Shown here piece after piece: positions 43,853-53,208 of a stretch of DNA of 64,000 nucleotides. Source of the stretch: Senegalimassilia sp. (lineage in GTDB: Bacteria > Actinomycetota > Actinomycetes > Actinomycetales > Bifidobacteriaceae). The DNA is taken from assembly GCA_963619615.1 (NCBI GenBank), contig CAVEXE010000005.1, positions 21,647 to 85,646 on the forward strand, written 5' to 3'. Within the stretch, counting starts at the first letter, position 1, and each line of letters starts with the position of its first letter. The position numbers and the translations under genes are program-made. The notes under the pieces were generated by a model that was given only the letters and a program-made list of their open reading frames with translations, was not told the origin of the DNA and made no database searches.

Positions 43853-43909
43853 TTGTGCACAATGGACTCCCCTCCGGTGGATAATCATTCGTTTATCCAC
43901 TTATCCACG
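43853..43909. promoter_or_regulatory. cluster of DnaA-box-like 9-mers
   Basis: TTGTGCACAA (43853-62), GTGGATAA (43877-84), TTATCCAC (43893-900), TTATCCAC (43901-908). Confidence 0.55.
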
Positions 43910-43983
43910 GATTTGAGAGGGGCGGTGGCGTGAGGCGCATCGGCTATGCGACAGTGGTAGATGCCTACAACGAAGGAGTTGCC

Positions 43984-45351
43984 ATGGAAAACAACAGAAT
44001 CGTCCCTTTCAACATGGATGAGCAGGGTCTGCTGAAGGTGCTGGACCGACTGATTGACCGCCTCAACGGATGTGGTTCGTCTGAATGCGATGCGGGTCCG
44101 GACGGGAGCCATCCGGAGTGTGCCGAATGCGATCTGCTGTTCGGTATGAGCGAAGACACGTACACGTTGATCCATGAGGCCTTCGGGAACTCTCCTTGGA
44201 CGCCGGATCTGATCGCGGCCTTCCTCATGGACGATGTCGAGATGAAGCGACGGAACATGTGCTTCCTTATGGGCAGTCGCAATGTGATCCGCAAATACGG
44301 GATGGTCGTCTGGCTCTATGAAATGGTCAACGATGCCTCCGCGGCCATGATGACGGGCAGGCCAAGCGACAGGATGCCGATCCTGCTCGGATTGTTCGAC
44401 ACCAGGGAGGTCTTCCGCAAGAGCGGCGGCAAGGGGAGGAAATACGCGGGTGGGAAGAAGAAAAGGCACGAATGCCTTGAAGGATATCTTCGGGGCGTGT
44501 ATCGGTTCGCGGCGAGCTGCCTGCTTCAATGGGGGCCGGATGAGCCTCGTGCCGCCGACGCCGCGTTGATGCTGTTGGCCTATGGCGGATTGGGTATATG
44601 CGCGTTGCGTGAGGACGCCAACGTGACGGATTTTGGCTGCAATCCAGACCGTGGATACCGCAATGTATGCGACCAGCTGCGCGATCTCAAGGTCTCGTCG
44701 GATTTCGATTATGCGTGCAACGCGAATTTCGGTGATGGACAATTCGCGGAGTATCCCGAATGCATGGATGCCAGATATCTGTATGACGCCCGCAAATTGG
44801 TGGAATCCTATCGCGCGCTGTGGGAACGGGACCCCCGTTCGGCCGCGTCGATGTTGGATGAGATCGAGCGATCGGGTACGTACGAGGTTGAAGACATCTG
44901 GGAGGACCCCGTGTACCTGTACGATCTGGCGATTTCCCTGCTTGGACCGAACGGCGCGTGCCTGTTGGATGATGGATTCCGCATGCGAGACGCCGAATTG
45001 TTCGAGAAAGGCGTCCGCGAGGTTGAGAAGATGGCCGGAAATGTTGAAAGGATGGGTCTGCTGATGACCTTGGCGGGCTACATCTTCTTCTGCGGGCCGG
45101 AAAACAGAATGGACGTGCTGACGATGTCGCGCACGGAGAAAAGACGCATGCTGGACTATTCCGAACGACTCGGGGAGGCTGCCGCCTTGATCGCGTTGTA
45201 CCGCCTTCCCCGCGATGCACGGTCATTGCGTTCCGTTCGGGCCCTGTTGAACCGTGATAAAGGAGCGTACGTGGACGAAATGGGAGCGCTCATGGGTCTC
45301 GCCGACTGGTCGGATGGGGGTATGGAGGAATCCGTGCCGATGCCAAGTTGA
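43984..45351 (+). CDS. hypothetical protein (about 455 aa), no recognised family
   Basis: Long ORF with AAGGAG RBS before ATG 43984; fills the gap between the pntB terminator and the GH31 promoter. Confidence 0.7.
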   Translation: MENNRIVPFNMDEQGLLKVLDRLIDRLNGCGSSECDAGPDGSHPECAECDLLFGMSEDTYTLIHEAFGNSPWTPDLIAAFLMDDVEMKRRNMCFLMGSRNVIRKYGMVVWLYEMVNDASAAMMTGRPSDRMPILLGLFDTREVFRKSGGKGRKYAGGKKKRHECLEGYLRGVYRFAASCLLQWGPDEPRAADAALMLLAYGGLGICALREDANVTDFGCNPDRGYRNVCDQLRDLKVSSDFDYACNANFGDGQFAEYPECMDARYLYDARKLVESYRALWERDPRSAASMLDEIERSGTYEVEDIWEDPVYLYDLAISLLGPNGACLLDDGFRMRDAELFEKGVREVEKMAGNVERMGLLMTLAGYIFFCGPENRMDVLTMSRTEKRRMLDYSERLGEAAALIALYRLPRDARSLRSVRALLNRDKGAYVDEMGALMGLADWSDGGMEESVPMPS

Positions 45352-45391
45352 GCAAGCTTGCCGATGTGCCTGCGGAGAATTGTGACACATC

Positions 45392-45410
45392 GGTTTTTAG
45401 CGCTACAATT
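45392..45410 (+). promoter_or_regulatory. LacI-type operator overlapping the -10 element of the GH31 gene
   Basis: TAGCGCTA palindrome (45398-45405) with central CG, overlapping TACAAT (45404-45409); LacI gene two genes into the same unit. Confidence 0.55.
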
Positions 45411-45453
45411 TCAGTGTCGGTATTATTTCGCACCACCACAAAGGAGTGTCATC

Positions 45454-47511
45454 GTGACGAAGAACGTCAATTTCACCACTGACGGCAAAGCGTTGAACTG
45501 GACCAGCGACGGAGAATATCTCCGCATCGAACCATGGGGAAGAAACAGCGTGCGCATCAGAGCCCGGCTCATGCAGGACGTGGCCGATGCGGACTGGGCC
45601 CTGCTGGAACCGAAGGATTCGGACGACGAGCATGTGGAAATCGACATCAACGAATCGACGGCCACTTTGACGAACGGATTGGTGAGGGTTCTGGCCGAGC
45701 AGTATGAGCAGTCCGCGGAAACAAGCATCTGCAGACTGACCTTCATGAACGCCAGCACAGGAACGATCCTGCTGCGCGAATGCACCGATGGGGGAGCCTT
45801 GCGACTGAGGGCCCGCGCCCACAATCCACGCATGGACGGTGCGGAATCGCCGGTGGTCATGTTCGAGGCGAATGACGGAGAGCACATTTACGGAATGGGC
45901 GAGTATCAGCAGTCCGTCATGGACCTTAAAGGGTCCACGCTGGAACTTGCCCACCGCAATTCCCAAGTATCCATTCCGTTCATGCTCTCCAGCAGAGGGT
46001 ACGGATTCCTTTGGCATAATCCGGCGGTGGGATCCGTGACGTTCGGCAACAACCGGACGGAATGGAAGGCGGGAGTCTCTGACCAGATCGACTACTGGAT
46101 CACCGTCGGAACCAACGCGCAGATCGAACGCCAATACGCCGACGCGACCGGACACGCGCCGAACATGCCCGAATGGGGACTGGGATTCTGGCAATGCAAG
46201 CTGCGCTACTGGAACCAGGAAGAACTTTTGAACGTGGCCCGCACGTTCAAAAACAAGCGCATTCCCATCGACCTCATCGTCATCGACTTCTTCCACTGGC
46301 CACTCATGGGAGATTTCCGATTCGATGAGGAATTCTGGCCGGACCCGAAAGCGATGGCACAGGAACTGCACGACATGGGCATCAAACTCATGGTGTCCAT
46401 CTGGCCGCAGATTGACCTGCAATCCGAAAACTACGACGAAATGCGTCACCATAACTACCTGGCCAAAACACGCCAAGGCAAGGACGTGGGCATGTGGTGG
46501 CCTCGGGACAACCAGTTCTTTGACGCCACCAACCCGGCCGCACGTGACTTCGTATGGAACCTATGCCGTAAGAACTATGCCGACCTCGGCGTGGACGCGT
46601 TCTGGCTCGACGAAGCCGAACCGGAATGGGGCGGAGACTACGACTACGCGCACTACCTGTACCATATCGGCCCGGTCGGCAAGGTAGGCAACGTGTATCC
46701 GCAGCTATACAACAAAACCTTCTACGACGGACAGCTCTCCATCGGGCGCGAAGGAGACATCGTGAACCTCACGCGTGCCGGATGGGCAGGTTCGCAACGT
46801 TACGGCTCGCTCATCTGGTCGGGCGACGTGCACTCCACCTTCGAAGACCTCAAGGCGCAGATCACCTGCGCCATCCACATGGGTGTGGCGGGAATCCCGT
46901 GGTTCACCACCGACATGGGCGGATTCAACCCGGGCGGCCTGGACGACGAATCCTTCAAGGAACTCTATGCACGCTGGTGCGAATTCTCCTGCTTCTCACC
47001 GGTCATGCGCAACCATGGCAACCGCGCGCCATACACCAGAATCGAAGGGAAACCGGCATTCGACCGCATCGGCAATCCGATAGACCACATCACCACGGGC
47101 TCGGACAACGAACCATGGAGCTACGGTGAGACCATCGAGAACCTGATGGTCAAATACATCACCATCCGCGAAACCATGAGGCCATACACCCGGAAACTGT
47201 TCGCATCAGCCCACGAGGACGGCCAGCCAATCGTACGAGGACTGTTCTTCGACTTCCCGCAAGACGACCAGGTCGCGAACATAGCCGACGAATACCTGTT
47301 CGGCCCGGACCTGCTGATAGCACCGGTCACCGACCTTTCGGCACGCTCCCGCACGGTCTACCTGCCGGGCGGCGAAGAAACGCGATGGACCGACCTCCAT
47401 ACCGGACAAACCTTCAACGGAGGCAGGACAGTCACCGTCGAAGCACCGCTGGACGTCATACCCGTATTCGCCCGCAACGGCGCAGATCACGGGCTGAACG
47501 GTATGATCTGA
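45454..47511 (+). CDS. glycoside hydrolase family 31 (alpha-xylosidase/alpha-glucosidase-like)
   Basis: YGMGE, GFWQCKLRY, IVIDFFHW, FWLDEAEPE nucleophile region, WSGD, TDMGGF, YLFGPDLLIAP; GTG after AAGGAG; no signal peptide. Confidence 0.9.
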   Translation: MTKNVNFTTDGKALNWTSDGEYLRIEPWGRNSVRIRARLMQDVADADWALLEPKDSDDEHVEIDINESTATLTNGLVRVLAEQYEQSAETSICRLTFMNASTGTILLRECTDGGALRLRARAHNPRMDGAESPVVMFEANDGEHIYGMGEYQQSVMDLKGSTLELAHRNSQVSIPFMLSSRGYGFLWHNPAVGSVTFGNNRTEWKAGVSDQIDYWITVGTNAQIERQYADATGHAPNMPEWGLGFWQCKLRYWNQEELLNVARTFKNKRIPIDLIVIDFFHWPLMGDFRFDEEFWPDPKAMAQELHDMGIKLMVSIWPQIDLQSENYDEMRHHNYLAKTRQGKDVGMWWPRDNQFFDATNPAARDFVWNLCRKNYADLGVDAFWLDEAEPEWGGDYDYAHYLYHIGPVGKVGNVYPQLYNKTFYDGQLSIGREGDIVNLTRAGWAGSQRYGSLIWSGDVHSTFEDLKAQITCAIHMGVAGIPWFTTDMGGFNPGGLDDESFKELYARWCEFSCFSPVMRNHGNRAPYTRIEGKPAFDRIGNPIDHITTGSDNEPWSYGETIENLMVKYITIRETMRPYTRKLFASAHEDGQPIVRGLFFDFPQDDQVANIADEYLFGPDLLIAPVTDLSARSRTVYLPGGEETRWTDLHTGQTFNGGRTVTVEAPLDVIPVFARNGADHGLNGMI

Positions 47512-47513
47512 CC

Positions 47514-48539
47514 ATGACTACTTTAGATGATGTGGCACGCCTCGCCGGAGTCTCCCGCATGACGGCGTCCAACGCGATACGCGGCAAGGCAATCGTCAAA
47601 CCCGAAACCGCGAAACGGGTATTGACGGCCGCCGCGCAACTCGGATACAGGCCCAACCTTGCGGCAAGACAACTCAGCTCAGGCAAAAGCCACATCATCG
47701 GAGTGACGGTCAGCGACTTCGACCTGATCTACCCCGCGGCGGTGGCGGCATACGCGTCGGACATGGCACAGCGCCGCGGATACCAGACCATCTCGCAACA
47801 AACGAGATTCTCCAGCGACTTCGAACAGCGCATAATGTCCAGCGCCGCGATGCAGGTATGCGACGGCACCATCATCTGCTGGCCCAGCGGAGCCGGAGAA
47901 GCCATCCTGGAATTCGGAAACAACCACCCGCTGGTCGCGGTCGACGGATTCGCGCTCAAAGGCAAAGTGGACTGCGTCTTCACCCCATGTCTGGAAGGCT
48001 CCGCCGCCGCCATCAAACATCTTCACGCCCACGGGCGCTCGCGGATACTTCTGCTGGGCATGTGGCCCAACGGCCTCGAACAGGCCGAAGCCGAACCGAA
48101 TTCCGCGGCGCTCCGTCTGCGTGGCGCGGTCGATGCCATGGAAGAACTTTCGATTCCATACGATCTGCGAAACGATGCGATTCCATGCAAGTGGACCCGT
48201 CAAGCCGGATATGAGGCCATGCTACGAGTATTGGGGGAGCGGTCGGACTTCGACGCGGTGTTCTGCGCCACCGATCCGATAGCATTCGGCGCCATGAGGG
48301 CATTGTCCGAACACGGATTCAGCATCCCCGACGATGTGGCAGTCATCGGATTCGACGGACTGGAAGACGGCGCCTACGCCAGTCCAGGATTGACCAGCGT
48401 TGCCGTCAGTCCGCGCGATATGGCCGCGGCAAGCCTCGACATGCTGTTCGACCGCATCGATTCGGATGCAAAAACGAACGATGTCGCCCGATCCGTGACC
48501 GTGGACTTCCGAATCGTGGAACGGGGCAGCGCGGAATAG
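47514..48539 (+). CDS. LacI family transcriptional regulator
   Basis: TLDDVARLAGVSRMTASN HTH, YRPNLAARQL hinge, IPDDVAVIGFD. Confidence 0.94.
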   Translation: MTTLDDVARLAGVSRMTASNAIRGKAIVKPETAKRVLTAAAQLGYRPNLAARQLSSGKSHIIGVTVSDFDLIYPAAVAAYASDMAQRRGYQTISQQTRFSSDFEQRIMSSAAMQVCDGTIICWPSGAGEAILEFGNNHPLVAVDGFALKGKVDCVFTPCLEGSAAAIKHLHAHGRSRILLLGMWPNGLEQAEAEPNSAALRLRGAVDAMEELSIPYDLRNDAIPCKWTRQAGYEAMLRVLGERSDFDAVFCATDPIAFGAMRALSEHGFSIPDDVAVIGFDGLEDGAYASPGLTSVAVSPRDMAAASLDMLFDRIDSDAKTNDVARSVTVDFRIVERGSAE

Positions 48540-48618
48540 CTGGGCCACGGAGTAGCCTAACCATGAAAAAGCCAATAATCGCGGCGATGAGAGAGATACG
48601 GGTAATCGAGCGGAGAAC

Positions 48619-49959
48619 ATGGAAAAGAACCTGACGGACGGCAACGTATTCAAAATCATCGTCACGTTCGCCATGCCATATTTCCTCTCGTACTTCCTAC
48701 AAACCCTGTACGGCATGGCCGATCTGTTCATCGCCGGACAATTCATCGGTGTGGACGGCATCACCGCGGTGGCCAACGGCAGCCAAGTGCTGTACATGCT
48801 CACCGTGGTGATCGTCGGCCTCGCCATGGGAGCCACCGTGAGCATCGGTCGCTGCGTCGGTGCGAATCGGCTCGATGACGCGGCCGAAGCCATAGGCAAC
48901 ACCATCACGTTGTTCGCGGGCGTGGCCCTTGCGCTCACCGTGGTACTGCTGGCCAACGTCAACGGCATCGTATCGCTCATCGGCACACCATCCGAAGCAG
49001 TGACGGGCACCACGCAATATCTGACGATCTGCTTCATCGGCGTTCCCTTCATCGTGGCCTACAACATCATCAGCTCCATCTTCCGAGGACTGGGAGATTC
49101 GAAAAGCCCGATGTATTTCATCGCCGTGGCATGCGCAGGCAACATCGCGCTCGACTACCTGTTCATGGGATATATGGACATGGGCCCTTCCGGAGCCGCG
49201 CTCGGCACCACGCTCGCACAGTCGTTCAGCGTGTTGGTGGCATTCGCGACCATACGGCGAAGGCGTACCGGTATACATCTGAACGTGACGATCCTGCGTC
49301 CGCAACGCGCCATACTTGGCGGAATTCTCAAAATCGGCGTACCGACCGCAGTGCAGGACGGATGCATCCAGGTGGCGTTCATCATCATCACCGTCATCGC
49401 CAACTATCGCGGACTCAACGACGCCGCGGCGGTCGGCGTGGTCGAAAAAGTAATCAGCGCGCTGTTCCTGGTGCCATCGTCCATGCTTGCCACGGTCTCG
49501 GCAGTTTCCGCGCAGAACATCGGTGCAGGCAAATACGACCGCGCCACGAAGACGCTCCGGTATGCCACCGGCATCACCGTGGCGTACGGCATTGTGATTT
49601 CCGTCATCGTGGAGCTCACCGCGGCGCCCATAGTCGGACTGTTCACCACCGACGCCGCGGTGATATTGCTCGGCACCCAATATTTGAGCAGCTACATCGT
49701 GGACTCTATCTTCGCCGGAGTGCATTTCTGCTTCTCCGGCTTCTTCGCGGCCTATGGTCGCTCCTACATCGGATTCATCCACAACATCATCGCCATCACA
49801 CTGGTTCGCGTGCCCGGGTCGTACATAGCGTCGAAGATGTTCTCCGACACCTTGTTCCCCATGGGCATCGCCGCGCCGGCAGGATCGTTCCTGTCCGTGC
49901 TCATATGCATTGGCTTCTACGCGTGGATGAAACGTGAAGGCGTGCTCGCGGTGAAGTGA
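48619..49959 (+). CDS. MATE family efflux transporter
   Basis: LQTLYGMADLF, RGLGDSKSP, NIALD, GAALGT, AQNIGAG; about 12 TMs. Confidence 0.92.
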   Translation: MEKNLTDGNVFKIIVTFAMPYFLSYFLQTLYGMADLFIAGQFIGVDGITAVANGSQVLYMLTVVIVGLAMGATVSIGRCVGANRLDDAAEAIGNTITLFAGVALALTVVLLANVNGIVSLIGTPSEAVTGTTQYLTICFIGVPFIVAYNIISSIFRGLGDSKSPMYFIAVACAGNIALDYLFMGYMDMGPSGAALGTTLAQSFSVLVAFATIRRRRTGIHLNVTILRPQRAILGGILKIGVPTAVQDGCIQVAFIIITVIANYRGLNDAAAVGVVEKVISALFLVPSSMLATVSAVSAQNIGAGKYDRATKTLRYATGITVAYGIVISVIVELTAAPIVGLFTTDAAVILLGTQYLSSYIVDSIFAGVHFCFSGFFAAYGRSYIGFIHNIIAITLVRVPGSYIASKMFSDTLFPMGIAAPAGSFLSVLICIGFYAWMKREGVLAVK

Positions 49960-50002
49960 GGTTAAGCGAGAACCGGCTGGTTCTGTCGGTTTCCAATGAC
50001 TT

Positions 50003-51028
50003 CTAACGGCGTTTCGGTGCAAGTGTGCCGGCAAGGGCGCGCTCTCCTGGGCGGGCCAGCGGGCCTACCAGTTCATGCGCCGAATAGGGTTCCTCGATGT
50101 AGGAGATGTCTTCGGCCGTGAGCTCCAGACCGAGCGCCGTGATGGCATCGTCCACGCGTTCCGGTTTTGAGCAACCGACGATTGGCGCGGTCACGCCCTT
50201 GGCCCAGTGCCACGCCAATGCGACGCTGGCCATCGGAACGCCAAGACGTTCGGCCACTTCATGGACGTGCCTGACGATCGGCATATCCTGTTCCATATCA
50301 CGGTCGTATTTGTTGCGCATGGTATTGTCAGTGACGCTTCTTGTCGAATCCGAATCCCAGGTCGGTCGTGTCAAATGGCCGGAAGCCATGGGGGAGTATG
50401 GCGTCAAAGCAACGTCATATTGACGGCAAACCGGAATCATCTCACGCTCGTCCTCACGATAGAGCAGATTGTAATGGCACTGCATGCTGGTGAATTTCGT
50501 CCATCCGTTCGCATCCGCCACGGCCTGCATATTATGGAATTGATAGGCGTACATCTCACTGGCGCCGAGCGCGCGCACCTTGCCGGATTTGACGAGCGCA
50601 TCCAGCGTCTCCATGGTTTCTTCGACGGGTGTGCCATAGTCGAATCTGTGGATGATGTACAGGTCCAGATAGTCGGTGCCCAACCTTGTGAGTGTGCCTT
50701 CGATTTCACGGTTGATGGCGTCCTTCGATAGATGTCCCTCGTTGAAATACACCTTGCTGGCCAGAACCACTTTGCCGCGATCGACGTTCAGATGCTTGAG
50801 CGCGCGTCCGATATACGTTTCGGAAGTGCCGAACGCATAGCAATTGGCGGTGTCGATGAAGTTGACGCCATTGTCGAGCGCATGGCCGATGACGCGTTCG
50901 GTGGCATCCTGATCGATGGTCCACTGGTGGAAGTCCGGTGATGCCTCGCCGAAGCTCATACCACCGAGACAGACTTTGGAGACCTGAATTCCGGACCAGC
51001 CCAGAGGCGCATACTGCATGTCTACCAT
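50003..51028 (-). CDS. aldo/keto reductase
   Basis: LGGMSFG, FIDTANCY, LGTDYLDLYIIHRFD, GKVRALGAS, YNLLYRE, PYSPMASG. Confidence 0.93.
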   Translation of the reverse strand: MVDMQYAPLGWSGIQVSKVCLGGMSFGEASPDFHQWTIDQDATERVIGHALDNGVNFIDTANCYAFGTSETYIGRALKHLNVDRGKVVLASKVYFNEGHLSKDAINREIEGTLTRLGTDYLDLYIIHRFDYGTPVEETMETLDALVKSGKVRALGASEMYAYQFHNMQAVADANGWTKFTSMQCHYNLLYREDEREMIPVCRQYDVALTPYSPMASGHLTRPTWDSDSTRSVTDNTMRNKYDRDMEQDMPIVRHVHEVAERLGVPMASVALAWHWAKGVTAPIVGCSKPERVDDAITALGLELTAEDISYIEEPYSAHELVGPLARPGERALAGTLAPKRR

Positions 51029-51192
51029 ATTGGCTCCTTCTTTCTGACGTGAAAGGTATGGCTTGAAGCTATCACGTTCGCCCGGAGGAAACCAATGCCT
51101 TGCATATCATCGGTTTCCATGCAAAAAAACTATGGAAGAACATGTCGTACACTCATTGGACATTCTTTTCGTATGGGCGTTGAATACGGCGT

Positions 51193-51600
51193 ATGAACAA
51201 TCCAAGTGCATTTCCGATGGGTGATCCGAATGACGGTTTCGCACAGTATTTCGTTGGACGGAGCTATCTGGCACCGGTGCTTGATGCTCCGGAAATCGCC
51301 ATCCACAATGTAACCTTCGAGCCTGGGTGCCGCAATAACTGGCATATCCATCATGGTGGCGCGCAGGTGCTCATCGCGGTAGGTGGACGTGGTTATTACC
51401 AGATTGACGGGCAGGAACCGAAGGAGCTCAGGGCGGGTCAGGCCGTGTGCATTCCGGCCGATACCAAGCACTGGCATGGTGCCGCTCCGGGTGAGGCGTT
51501 CTCGCACCTCGCATTCATGGTGCCCGCCGGTGACACCTCCGCCATGAGCAACGAGTGGCTCGAACCGGTCGACGCAGTGGCATACGGGCGTCTCGACTGA
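51193..51600 (+). CDS. cupin domain protein
   Basis: NVTFEPGCRNNWHIH, GRGYYQ, HWHGAAP, EWLEPV. Confidence 0.88.
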   Translation: MNNPSAFPMGDPNDGFAQYFVGRSYLAPVLDAPEIAIHNVTFEPGCRNNWHIHHGGAQVLIAVGGRGYYQIDGQEPKELRAGQAVCIPADTKHWHGAAPGEAFSHLAFMVPAGDTSAMSNEWLEPVDAVAYGRLD

Positions 51601-51732
51601 TCGTTTTGCCGATGAAATCGTCTTCACCAGTGGACTGGCTTCGCGGATCGGAACTGGCCTCGGCGCGAGACCATGTAAGCGACACCCGTGTCGGCGACAA
51701 ACTAAAACAAAAGACACTTGCAACGGCTGATC

Positions 51733-52896
51733 CTACATCATGTCCATCAACATGAAGGCGAGCAGCAACTGCAGTCTGCTGTCCAGTCTGGATAGGTCCA
51801 TGCACAGGATTTCCGCTGCTTTGGCGATTTTGTAGTTCACCGTGTTGCGGTGTACAAACAGCTCGTCGGCGGTCTCCTTCACGCTGCCGTTGTGGTTGAG
51901 ATAGCAGCGGAGCACGTCCAGCAGGTCGGAACTGGATTCCTTGTCGTACTCGATCAGAGGCCCCAGAACCTGTTCGTAGTATTCATGCGAGATTTCCGGA
52001 TCCTCGATGCCGAGCAGCACGCGGTATGCGCCGAGGTCGTCGAAGAAATTGATGCGGTCTTTCAGCTTCCTGCGTGACTGCAATTTCAGGATGGACGCCG
52101 CCTGACGATGGCTCTTGCTGACGCAGCGGATGCTTTTGGTGAGTTTCCCCACGCCTATGGATGCGGTTTCCTGCATGCGCAACGCATGCTCGACGATGGT
52201 GAGTATGCCGCGTCCCCATGCGCGCAGCTGCTGCGGTTCGTCGCAGTGCATCACGATGATGATCTGTTTCCAGGCGCTGAACACGGCGCTGAAACGTACG
52301 TTCCTGTGCAGATATTTTTGAATCTGCGTTGCGATGGATTCCAATCTTTCATACGGATCCGCCGCATAATGCTCCACCTGCACGATGGCGACGGCGTAAC
52401 GCCATTCGATTTCGAAGTGGAATTCCGAAAGCGTCGCCGTATACAGTTCCTGCTGGTCCGGGAATGAGATGGCGTTCTGGAACGCCGTGCTCACCATGCG
52501 TTCCTTGGTTTCCTCCTCGATGATGCGTCGACATAGCGGACGCGCGATGTTCTCGAACGACGCGTCTTTGGGAATGGTGAACAGCGCGAAGCCATGCTCT
52601 TCGCAGAAGGTCATCACCTCGACGGGCGGTTCCATGAAGAAATGTCCGATGTCGAGCGCTATGCCGGCCGCATGATGCTCATATAAGGATTTGACGTGGT
52701 TGAGCAGCGCGCCGTCTTCCTGCAGGGCGATGCCGGTGACGAGTATCAGTTCGTCGCCCGCAAGATAATTGATCATCAGTGTAGGCTCCAGCACATGAAC
52801 CCAGGTAACGTGATGTCCAAGCCCATCTTTTCCTGCGACCAGCTGAAGCGGAACGTCCGGACAGTCCTCAATCAACTCATGTAATTCCAAAGTCAT
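51733..52896 (-). CDS. PucR family transcriptional regulator
   Basis: N-terminal LVAGKDGL...VTWVH.LE, ELILVTG; C-terminal HTH TADELFVHRNTVNYKI; divergent from the aminotransferase operon. Confidence 0.9.
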   Translation of the reverse strand: MTLELHELIEDCPDVPLQLVAGKDGLGHHVTWVHVLEPTLMINYLAGDELILVTGIALQEDGALLNHVKSLYEHHAAGIALDIGHFFMEPPVEVMTFCEEHGFALFTIPKDASFENIARPLCRRIIEEETKERMVSTAFQNAISFPDQQELYTATLSEFHFEIEWRYAVAIVQVEHYAADPYERLESIATQIQKYLHRNVRFSAVFSAWKQIIIVMHCDEPQQLRAWGRGILTIVEHALRMQETASIGVGKLTKSIRCVSKSHRQAASILKLQSRRKLKDRINFFDDLGAYRVLLGIEDPEISHEYYEQVLGPLIEYDKESSSDLLDVLRCYLNHNGSVKETADELFVHRNTVNYKIAKAAEILCMDLSRLDSRLQLLLAFMLMDMM

Positions 52897-53208
52897 ATGT
52901 AATCCCAACGAAACATAACGTTAACTGCGTATTTCGAGATGTTTTGGACATCTTTGGCGCAGCGTCGTGACTGAAGGACATCATAGCGGCCCGATATTAC
53001 GGTTTTTCGCGAATCATCCGTCCGTCTCTTTGCATCGCCTGCAATGTTACGACAAATCGATTGTGCTGGAGCCTAATCGAATTTGGGCTTGCATGGCTGG
53101 AGAAACCGTTTTGGAAGGCAACATAATGAGTCCCAGTTCCGACTGGAGATGACGGCCGGGCAATTTGTTTCAGGATATTCCGTCATGAGAAGCAAGGAGA
53201 CATGCATT

